Of a DNA stretch of 32,000 nucleotides, positions 9,031-16,290 are shown piece after piece. The DNA is from Pseudodesulfovibrio mercurii. Its GTDB lineage: Bacteria; Desulfobacterota; Desulfovibrionia; Desulfovibrionales; Desulfovibrionaceae. A program made the translations under genes and the position numbers. Location of the stretch: contig NC_016803.1 of NCBI RefSeq assembly GCF_000189295.2, positions 2,610,001 to 2,642,000 of the forward strand, read 5' to 3'. The notes under the pieces are model-generated. The model was not told the origin of the DNA, did no database searches, and was given only the letters and a program-made list of their open reading frames with translations. The first letter of the stretch is position 1. Each line of letters starts with the position of its first letter.

Positions 9031-10809
9031 ATGGCGACGGAAGATCGGGACAACCCGCGGGGCGCGGGGCGCGGTACGATGTTCGAGCGGCTGTACGGGA
9101 TCGTCAACGACTACACGGGCGGGCGGCTCATCGCGCAGCTGACCCCGGAGCGGTTCGGGACGATCTGGCGGGACATCGTCACCGGGTCCGAGCCCGCGCC
9201 CAGGTACTACATCATGGTGGTGGTCTCGACCCTGATCGCCGAGTTCGGCCTGCTGTCCAACAGCACGGCGGTGGTCATCGGGGCCATGCTCGTGGCCCCG
9301 CTGATGACGCCGATCTTCGGCATCTCCCTCGGCCTGGTCCGGGGGAACACCCGGCTCATCCGCAAGGCGCTCAAGTCCGAGGTCCAGGGCGTGCTCATCG
9401 CCGTGGGCATGGGGCTGCTGGTGGGCGGCCTGCTGGTCCTCATCGACCCGGCCATCGAGTCCACCCCGGAGATGCTGGCCCGGACCAAGCCCAACCTGTT
9501 CGACCTGATCGTGGCCCTGCTGGCGGGCTTTGCCGGGGCCTACGCCATCGTGGACGAGAAGATCAGCCCGGCCCTGCCCGGCGTGGCCATCGCCACGGCC
9601 ATCGTGCCGCCCCTGGCCAACTGCGGGCTTTGCCTGGCCTACGGGCTGTACGCCGGGGCGCTCGGCTCGTTCCTCCTGTTCACGGCCAACTTCCTGTCCA
9701 TCCACCTGATCAGCGCGCTGCTGTTCTTCCGGGTGGGCATGGCCAGGGACTACGGCGAGGAGACGCGGGGCGTGGTGGTCAAGCGGTTCGGGCCCACCTT
9801 CGTGCTCTTCGTGGCCATCGCCGTGACCTTCGCCTTTTTCTTGTTCGATACCCTTGAGGAGCGCAAGGTCTACAACGAGGCCTACGCCATCCTGTCCGAG
9901 GAACTTTCCGACTACGCGGCCACCGGCATCGACGGGTTGGAGATCCACCAGGGCAGGGACGGGATGAGCGTCCTGGCCCGCATCTATTCCACCGGGGATT
10001 TCGACCCCAACCAGGTGGGACGCATCGAGGCGCGTCTGGGCCAGAGTCTGGACAGGTCGGTCCATCTGGTGGTCCGGGCCATCAGGACCGCCGACATCTC
10101 GGCCAGGGGCGCGGACGTGCCGGGGCTGAACAAGGCCCTGGAGGGGACCACGCCGTCCTTCAGGATGAACCTGCTGCGCATCACAGAGCAGGTGGTCCGT
10201 GAGTTCCTGGCCGACCGGGTGGGGCTCGATTTCGAGAAGGCGGAGTACCTGCACCTGCCCAACGGCGCGGTCGTGGCGGTCAGCCTGTCCGGGCTGCGCG
10301 GACCGAGCGGGGAGGAGATCCGGGCCATGGAGGAGCGCATCCGGAACGACACGCAGTTCGACGCCCTTCGGCTGCTCATCCGATACACGCGGCAGGACCT
10401 GTTCGACGACCGGGGGCCCATCCGTTCGGCCTGGACCACCTGGATGGAGACCACCGAGGCGCAGCGCCGGGCCGACGAGGAGGGGTGCCGACTGATCGCC
10501 GAGTGGTTCCAGGGCGGGGACAGCCTGCTCGTGACCCGGGTCAACGGGGTGATCGAACCGAACGGCCACACCTTCCTGGTGGAGGCCGAGGGCACCGGCG
10601 AGTACCGCCGGGAGACCCTGGCCGTCCTGCGCGACCGGGTCGGCCGACAGCTCGGCACGCCCGTGACCATCTACGTCTGGCTCAACCACGGCGTGGTCCT
10701 GACCGAGGACGGCCTGGTCCCCTACAACACCCTTCTGGACCGCCGCCTGGACGAGATCCGTCGCAATTCCGGCAAGGAGATCCGGGAACTGCTCGACAGC
10801 TCCCGCTGA
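9031..10809 (+). CDS. DUF389 (TIGR00341-like) integral membrane protein with a ~300-aa soluble C-terminal extension
   Basis: The ATG at 9031 is preceded by GGAGAG. Strings characteristic of DUF389 are present: YIMVVVSTLIAEFGLLSNSTAVVIGAMLVAPLMTPI, LFDLIVALLAGFAGAYA, ALPGVAIATAIVPPL. There are several hydrophobic helices. An alternative start at 9079 (MFERL) cannot be excluded. Confidence 0.8.
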   Translation: MATEDRDNPRGAGRGTMFERLYGIVNDYTGGRLIAQLTPERFGTIWRDIVTGSEPAPRYYIMVVVSTLIAEFGLLSNSTAVVIGAMLVAPLMTPIFGISLGLVRGNTRLIRKALKSEVQGVLIAVGMGLLVGGLLVLIDPAIESTPEMLARTKPNLFDLIVALLAGFAGAYAIVDEKISPALPGVAIATAIVPPLANCGLCLAYGLYAGALGSFLLFTANFLSIHLISALLFFRVGMARDYGEETRGVVVKRFGPTFVLFVAIAVTFAFFLFDTLEERKVYNEAYAILSEELSDYAATGIDGLEIHQGRDGMSVLARIYSTGDFDPNQVGRIEARLGQSLDRSVHLVVRAIRTADISARGADVPGLNKALEGTTPSFRMNLLRITEQVVREFLADRVGLDFEKAEYLHLPNGAVVAVSLSGLRGPSGEEIRAMEERIRNDTQFDALRLLIRYTRQDLFDDRGPIRSAWTTWMETTEAQRRADEEGCRLIAEWFQGGDSLLVTRVNGVIEPNGHTFLVEAEGTGEYRRETLAVLRDRVGRQLGTPVTIYVWLNHGVVLTEDGLVPYNTLLDRRLDEIRRNSGKEIRELLDSSR

Positions 10810-11058
10810 CCGCCTCCCGCACCGTCGGCGAGGTCCGGGAATCCGCCAGGGATCACGGCCAGGTCGGCTGGTTGTGGGCTGACTCGCCGACCGGCCTTGC
10901 CGAGTCTGGAAACCGGCCTGCGTTTCTGCTTTGCGGGCTGACGGCCCCGGCAGGGGGGGCTGCATTGTCCGCTCGGCTGACGGGAGCGAGCCGAGCGCCG
11001 TCCCCATCCGGACGGTGCGCGCTCCATGAAGCCCGCGCCGGGCGTCGAGGAATCGGGT

Positions 11059-13221
11059 TTATTGTTGCGGCGTGAAGAAATACACCGTCATTCCCTGGAC
11101 GACGCCCTTGTTGCGGCTGAATGCGATGAAATTGACCTTTTGCGCTTTCTTGTTGTCCATGATGGCGATGCCGATGCCGTTCTTCGTCTCGTCCTTTACC
11201 AGCAGGTCGTTGTTCATGTTCATGACGGCAACATCGAGCTCCCCGTCCTGTTGCGGTACGCTCATGAACAGATAGTGCCCTGTCTCCTCCAGGTCGATGT
11301 CGAATCCGGAATAAAAGACGCCGTTTCTCTCCTCGTCCAGTGCCAGCTTGTCGATCTTTTTTATCACGGAGACATTCATGTCGGGACTTTGCTTTTTAAG
11401 GACGTAGGTTATGAGTGCGTCGGCCGCGTTGCCCAGGGCGGCGTCCCAATAGGCAATGTCTATCCGCGACCGGGCCGGTTGCCCGTCGCCTTTGGGGGAC
11501 GTGGTGTAGGTCAACCCTATATTGCCGGGTTCTCCGGCCAGGACAAAGGCGTAGTGAGCATAGTTGGCGAAGTCGATTTTCGGGGTGTATGCGCTTATGT
11601 TCTTCTTTCCGGAAAGCACGATTTTCATGCCCTGGATGGTATCTTCGGATTGGATGCGTATCAGGTACAGCCCCGGTCTCTCCAAATGGATTTTCTCCGC
11701 GCCCGCACCCGCGCCCTGGCTGTTTTTCATGAGAACGTCGCTGGATATCGACCAGGCGGATTTCACCGTATCGACGCCGAAGATGTCTTTCGCTGCGTCC
11801 AGGACTTCCTGGTTCGATGTCGTGTAGCCCGGCAGATATTCACGCAGGCTTTCCTTCCACTGCTGCTTCAGGGCCGCGACCCTGCCGTCCGGATCCGGGC
11901 CGAGGAGGTCGAACAGGAAATCGATCCGCTGTCCGAAATTCACGTCGGCGGCGTTGGGAGTCCTGGCCCATGTGCCGGGGGACACGTTCATTGAACTGAT
12001 GATCCCGATGACCTTGCCCTCGGCGGTGAACATCGGGCTTCCGCTAGCGCCGCCGGTGACGGGCAGGCCGTGATGGATCAGCCTGTTGGGAAAGTCGTCT
12101 CGCCGGGTCTGGAAGAAATCGGTGACGCGAATTATCTCGTCCTGTTGGGCCACCGGGGCCGGTTTCTTGTTGTTCCCCGGCAACAGCGCCTCCATCGGGT
12201 AGCCGACAAAGGCCACCGGCATGCCCGGACCGATGGCGGAAAGCTCCTCCATGGTTGCCAGGGGCAGGGGCCGCCCCAGGTCTTCCGGGTTCTCGGGGTA
12301 GAGGATGGCGACGTCCGCAGGGGTGGTGGTTTTGAAGAGCGACAGCTTGTCGCCGACTTTTTGGCAGGGCCAATACCCGCTCCACAGGTCGCCGAAGGCG
12401 GCGTATCCCGGATGGATGAACGCGTCCTTGATGACATAACTCCTGTACGGGGCGACGGGCGAGCGGGCGATCATTTCCTCTTGAGGCTTCAGCCGTTCGA
12501 GCTGACCGGCCACATGGGCGTTGGTCACAAGCCGGTTCCCCTCGATGACCCAGGCGGTGCCTGCGGGCTGTTCCCCTCCCCCGCTGTTCCGGACCAGGAT
12601 CAGATATACGGAGCGGCTGATCCCCTCGATAACCTCGCGGGGAATGCCGTCGGCCTGTCCCTTCACCTGGGTCAGGGTTGCGGATATTGCGTCCAGGCGC
12701 GCGGCCACGCGCTGCACGTTGTCGTCCGAGACGTGGATATCCGATTCCAGCCAGAACTGGTGCTCGCCGATATAGAGCATCGCGGCGCCCAGCAACACGA
12801 GGAAGACGAGCAGGGTTCGGAGATGCCTGTTGGTCCGCTGCACCTGCTCCCCCGCCTGCAGGTTCCTCCCCGTGTTGTTCTTCGGCTGCCTCCGTTCGTC
12901 GATCACCTCGACTTCAATGATGACGTCTTCGCCGAGTTGGACGGTCGCCGTGCCCGCTATCTCCTGATCCTCGAAGGGCGTCTCCCCATCGATCAGGACA
13001 TGGTTGTCCATGTTGAGATCGACCTGGTACCGCCCCAGGCTCCGCCTGAAGGCGATATGCTCATTGCCCATTCCCGTGTCCCGATATCGCTCCGGAAACG
13101 AGATGTCGCAGCTCTCGGCGTCGCAGCCGACGACCACCATTTGATGCCGATGGTCGAAATAATATTCCGTTTTCCGGTCCGACGTCGTGCCCTGGAGAAT
13201 GGAGATCTTGAGTCCTGTCAT
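11059..13221 (-). CDS. FHA-like domain / single TM helix / trypsin-fold (S1, Trypsin_2-like) serine protease / C-terminal beta-rich domains (720 aa)
   Basis: The ATG at 13219-13221 is preceded by AAGGA. aa 1-105 (12907-13221) look FHA-like: VVVGCDAESCDISF..NEHIAFRR..GRYQV.L...VLIDGE...VQLGEDVIIEVEV. The TM helix is LLVFLVLLGAAMLYI (about 12769-12822). The protease domain is aa ~205-440 (11902-12609), with a His/Asp/Ser triad in the canonical order: GTAWVIEGNRLVTNAHV (H236), ADVAILY (D303), GGASGSPMF (S393). The last ~280 aa are beta-rich and possibly form two PPC-like sandwiches, which is a weak call. Confidence 0.85.
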   Translation of the reverse strand: MTGLKISILQGTTSDRKTEYYFDHRHQMVVVGCDAESCDISFPERYRDTGMGNEHIAFRRSLGRYQVDLNMDNHVLIDGETPFEDQEIAGTATVQLGEDVIIEVEVIDERRQPKNNTGRNLQAGEQVQRTNRHLRTLLVFLVLLGAAMLYIGEHQFWLESDIHVSDDNVQRVAARLDAISATLTQVKGQADGIPREVIEGISRSVYLILVRNSGGGEQPAGTAWVIEGNRLVTNAHVAGQLERLKPQEEMIARSPVAPYRSYVIKDAFIHPGYAAFGDLWSGYWPCQKVGDKLSLFKTTTPADVAILYPENPEDLGRPLPLATMEELSAIGPGMPVAFVGYPMEALLPGNNKKPAPVAQQDEIIRVTDFFQTRRDDFPNRLIHHGLPVTGGASGSPMFTAEGKVIGIISSMNVSPGTWARTPNAADVNFGQRIDFLFDLLGPDPDGRVAALKQQWKESLREYLPGYTTSNQEVLDAAKDIFGVDTVKSAWSISSDVLMKNSQGAGAGAEKIHLERPGLYLIRIQSEDTIQGMKIVLSGKKNISAYTPKIDFANYAHYAFVLAGEPGNIGLTYTTSPKGDGQPARSRIDIAYWDAALGNAADALITYVLKKQSPDMNVSVIKKIDKLALDEERNGVFYSGFDIDLEETGHYLFMSVPQQDGELDVAVMNMNNDLLVKDETKNGIGIAIMDNKKAQKVNFIAFSRNKGVVQGMTVYFFTPQQ

Positions 13222-13471
13222 ATGGGGTCCTTGGAGGGTCGAGGGGGGATACGGTCAAATCGCAACGGGCATGACGACGCACGGTGGATTTTCAGTACAC
13301 CAACGGGATCATCAAATCCACGTTGATTCTTCAACGGAACGTCAAGGTCAGGTCTGTTCACGGCCCGTCCCGCGTGCGCCGCCGCCCTCGCGGCGCGACA
13401 GGCGTCGTGTGGCGCCGTCCGAGACGGGGCGTCCCGCCTCTGTCTCCGTATGGGCCGCAGGTCCTTCCGCC

Positions 13472-14203
13472 TCATCTGTTGCGGGTTTTCAAACGCCGTC
13501 CCAACGCACGGGCCAACTGTTCCTTCGTATATTCAACCGGAGCCGGAACGGGGCGCGCCCCGCCCGGAGCGAGTATCGACACTTCGCCGGAAGGGGCCGT
13601 TGAAAGGAGAATTATGGGCATGTCGCGTTTCAGGGCCGCATGGACCGTGGCCGCCGTCCCGAGGGGCGTTGAAATATCCCCGTCGAAAACCGCGACCAAC
13701 AGATCGCTGTGATCGGCCAGGACTTCGGAACACGCGGCATACGCCTCAGGCCGATGCGCGGGGGAGCCGTCGAGTTCGATGATCCGGCCGACGGCCCGGC
13801 CCGCCGTTTTGCCGCCGATGCGGGTCAGCCATCGACGAAATTCGGCAACGGTCCCGTGAACCGGGTCCACGACGCTCGCTTCAGGCAGGAAATCCTTTTC
13901 ATATTCAGCCCTGGCGAAGGGCAGGATGGCGGTCAGGGTGTGTTCGAAGGGTATCAGGCCGGGTTCAATGCAGAGCCTGTCCGCTCCCTCCGCCAAGGAG
14001 GAGACGAACAGAAAACCGGCCTGTCCCCGGGCGGGGAAGTCCCCGGCGCCGTCGGCGGATGCGCGGTAAAGGTCCCGGTAGACTTGTCCGAGCTTTTGCC
14101 GCAGGCCCGGCAGCAACGCCGCCTCCAGACGCCTATGGCCTGCCACGCCGATGCGTATGGGAGAGGTCGCGTCCGTAGCGTGTATCTCTTGAAAAGGTCT
14201 CAT
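13472..14203 (-). CDS. small Rossmannoid protein with SLOG-like (LOG/DprA/YpsA/ThsA-C-terminal type) motifs (243 aa)
   Basis: The start is the ATG at 14201-14203; there is no strong Shine-Dalgarno. The motif order is IRIGVAGHRRL (strand plus Gly-loop), then FVSSLAEGADRL, then HSDLLVAVFDG...PLGTAATVHAAL...MPIILL. This matches the strand-loop-helix series of SLOG-fold proteins. Composition is normal. The gene lies upstream of the FHA-protease gene on the same strand and diverges from the TIR gene. The CDS call is firmer than the family call. Confidence 0.6.
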   Translation of the reverse strand: MRPFQEIHATDATSPIRIGVAGHRRLEAALLPGLRQKLGQVYRDLYRASADGAGDFPARGQAGFLFVSSLAEGADRLCIEPGLIPFEHTLTAILPFARAEYEKDFLPEASVVDPVHGTVAEFRRWLTRIGGKTAGRAVGRIIELDGSPAHRPEAYAACSEVLADHSDLLVAVFDGDISTPLGTAATVHAALKRDMPIILLSTAPSGEVSILAPGGARPVPAPVEYTKEQLARALGRRLKTRNR

Positions 14204-14337
14204 GCGGATGCCGCACCCAACGGCCGGACAATGTGAATGTGAACTTTATAAAAAAGCTAGTATATGGGCTTGCAAATTACAAGTACTCTATTTTAAAAAC
14301 TGTTATGGTTTAATATGTTGCCATATTCGGAGACGCC
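14204..14337. promoter_or_regulatory. AT-rich divergent promoter/operator region between the SLOG-like gene and the TIR gene
   Basis: This 134-bp spacer is by far the most AT-rich stretch in the window (TTTATAAAAAAGCTAGTATATGGGCTTGCAAATTACAAGTACTCTATTTTAAAAACTG). It contains TTGCAA and several TAxxxT-like hexamers. The palindrome AATATG-TTGC-CATATT (14312-14327) abuts the GGAGA Shine-Dalgarno (14329-14333) of the TIR gene. No transcription start can be assigned from sequence alone. Confidence 0.4.
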
Positions 14338-16290
14338 ATGAGTGAGACGGAAAGCCATAGATACAGTGCGTTCATCAGCTATCGGCACACCACAAAAGAC
14401 CGGAAATGGGCCGAGTGGCTTTTGGAGGCCCTGGAGACGTACCGTATTCCGAAGGCATTGCAAAAGGCGGGCTTTCCGGGCCGGGTGGGCAGGGTCTTCC
14501 GCGATCGAGACGAACTCCCGACGGACGGCAGCCTGAACAATCAGATCGAGACGGCGCTCAGGCAATCCAGATTCCTGATCGTCATCTGCTCTCCGGACAC
14601 CCCGCAGTCCAAGTGGGTATCCCGGGAAATCGAAATTTTCAAAGAGTTGGGGCGGGGAGACAAGATCCTCCCCCTGCTGGTCGAAGGTGAGCCGGACGAG
14701 TCCTTCCCCAAGGTGCTGACCACGAGTCGGCTTGTCGGTTTCGAGGAGGCCGAGGCCGATCCGCCGGTCAAGGATGTCGAACCCATAGGCGCGGATGTCC
14801 GGCCGGTGGAGGGCAAAAGCGAAAAGGAGATCAGGAAAGACGAACTGCTGCGGCTGGTGGCCGGGATAATCGGCTGCGGTTTCGATGACCTGAAGCAGCG
14901 GGACAAGGAGCGGGAGCGGAAAAAACGCCAGTACCGCATTATGGGGGGCGCAGTGACGTGCCTGCTGCTTCTCGCGGCCGGGCTTTATTATTGGGACTAT
15001 AATCGCATCAAGACAAGCTACTTTAATAACTACGTCAATGTGTACGGCGTCCCCAAGGGGATAGGGCCAATAAGCGATGAAGAGGCGAAGAAGAGGAATG
15101 TCGCCTATGCGCTTTCGTATCAGCGGGGCAAGCTCATACGCATGGTGCGGCAGAAGGGGGCGCAGAGGGCCATAGCCTACGAACAGTCCTACAATGTCGA
15201 CCCGTGGCTGGTTGGCATCGCCGAATGGCGGTATCAGTATGGAGTTCACGGGAGACTGGATAAGGTCTCCCTGTATGATGCCCAAGGCAAATACAAGGTC
15301 GCCCACAATTATGAATTCCCGACCGACGGGGACAAGGCAACCATCTATTTCCGCAAGATGTCCTATGAAGGCGAGGGCATCCCCACGACGGTTGAATCGA
15401 CCTCGTCCCTGCTCGCCGACTCCATGCAGAACGGCAAGAGTGAAATTTTTCAACACATTGTTTACTTCAACGCGCTTGGTTACGAAAGCAGAAGGGTTTT
15501 CCGCACGATCAGCGGGGGGGCCGCCAAAGACCAGCTCGGCGCCGCGGGGTATGCGTATGCGTATGACGGCCACGGCTCACGCGTGCGTGTCCGTTTCCTG
15601 GACACGCAACAGCATGAACTCATACTCAAATCCGGTCTCGCCGAGATCGTCTGTACTCCCTCCATTGACGGCATCGCCGAAACGATGACGTTCCTGAACG
15701 AAAAGGGCGAGCAGCTATTAACTAAGTTCGGGTATGCGAAAATAGTCGTCGAACTGGACGCTCAGAGAAATGCAACAGGGATAAGCGCTCTGGGGACGGA
15801 CGGGCAGCCGATTCTCCACAAGGAAGGGTACGCCCGGCTGATCCGACGCTATGACGACCGGGGCAACCTCATCGAGGAAGCCTACCGGGGAGTGGATGGT
15901 CGGCCCGTCCTCTGCGATGAGGGCTATGCCAAGGTCACCTGCGCATATGACGACCGAGGCAACGCAACGGAATACGCCTACCAGGGCGCCGACGGTCAAC
16001 CGATTCTCCGCAAGAACGGCTATGCCCGGCTGACCCGACGCTATGACGACCGGGGCAACCTGGTCGAACAAGCCTATTGGGGGGTGGATGGTCGGCCCAT
16101 TCTCCACAAGGATGGTTACGCCGAGGTCTCCTGCGAGTACGATGATCGCGGCAACTTCATCAAGGAAGCGTACCGGGGAGTGGATGGGCGGCCGGTCCTT
16201 TGCGGTTATGGCTATGCCAAGGTCACCTGCGCATATGACGACCGAGGAAGCCTACCGGGGAGTGGATGGTCGGCCCGTCCTCTGCGATGA
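14338..16290 (+). CDS. TIR-domain / single-TM / tandem-repeat protein, 5' portion (ends at a frameshift-induced stop)
   Basis: The ATG at 14338 has a GGAGA Shine-Dalgarno 4 nt upstream. TIR motifs occupy aa ~8-130 (14359-14727): YSAFISYRHTTKD..WAEWL, VFRDRDELPTDGSL...I..AL..SRFLIVICSP....SKWVSREIEIF (conserved Glu at E97), ILPLLVEGEP. The linker is EPIGADVRP...LLRLVAGIIGCGFDDLKQRDKERERKKR. The TM helix is IMGGAVTCLLLLAAGLYYW (about 14938-14991). Degenerate repeats and then canonical 32-aa repeats follow. After codon 16243 the frame reads SLPGSGWSARPLR and then a stop. Confidence 0.85.
   Translation: MSETESHRYSAFISYRHTTKDRKWAEWLLEALETYRIPKALQKAGFPGRVGRVFRDRDELPTDGSLNNQIETALRQSRFLIVICSPDTPQSKWVSREIEIFKELGRGDKILPLLVEGEPDESFPKVLTTSRLVGFEEAEADPPVKDVEPIGADVRPVEGKSEKEIRKDELLRLVAGIIGCGFDDLKQRDKERERKKRQYRIMGGAVTCLLLLAAGLYYWDYNRIKTSYFNNYVNVYGVPKGIGPISDEEAKKRNVAYALSYQRGKLIRMVRQKGAQRAIAYEQSYNVDPWLVGIAEWRYQYGVHGRLDKVSLYDAQGKYKVAHNYEFPTDGDKATIYFRKMSYEGEGIPTTVESTSSLLADSMQNGKSEIFQHIVYFNALGYESRRVFRTISGGAAKDQLGAAGYAYAYDGHGSRVRVRFLDTQQHELILKSGLAEIVCTPSIDGIAETMTFLNEKGEQLLTKFGYAKIVVELDAQRNATGISALGTDGQPILHKEGYARLIRRYDDRGNLIEEAYRGVDGRPVLCDEGYAKVTCAYDDRGNATEYAYQGADGQPILRKNGYARLTRRYDDRGNLVEQAYWGVDGRPILHKDGYAEVSCEYDDRGNFIKEAYRGVDGRPVLCGYGYAKVTCAYDDRGSLPGSGWSARPLR

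Noticed and set aside
6882-11007. Very long ORFs 6882..9857 (+, 991 aa) and 7780..11007 (-, 1,075 aa) spanning gene boundaries
   Set aside because: They run straight through the vWA gene, the divergent intergenic region and the DUF389 gene in the wrong frame or strand. Their composition is extremely G/R/P/H-rich. These are artefacts of stop-codon scarcity in GC-rich DNA.
10810-11058. Search for a direct repeat of the tRNA-Phe 3' end (att-like) at the left edge of the low-GC block
   Set aside because: I found no match by eye to TGGTGCTCGGGGACAGAATTGAAC or its complement. Only a short hairpin (GCTCGGCT..AGCCGAGC, about 10970-10996) and GGCTGAC iterations are present. The island boundary therefore remains unsupported by att repeats.
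11026-13326. Plus-strand ORFs 11026..11994 (322 aa) and 12070..13326 (418 aa) opposite the FHA-protease gene
   Set aside because: They are antisense to a gene with an intact catalytic triad. They have no recognisable motifs or ribosome-binding sites.
14293-15573. 426-aa minus-strand ORF opposite the TIR domain region
   Set aside because: It is antisense to the TIR gene. It starts inside the AT-rich promoter region without a Shine-Dalgarno and has no motif. The sense frame carries the full TIR motif set.
16243-16290. Programmed +1 ribosomal frameshift to join the two TIR-repeat ORFs
   Set aside because: There is no slippery motif, no prfB-like CUU-UGA context and no upstream SD-like stimulator at or before the UGA at 16288. 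Shifting at the stop would also leave 13 junk residues in the protein. A 14-nt deletion or mis-assembly in one repeat unit explains the data exactly.
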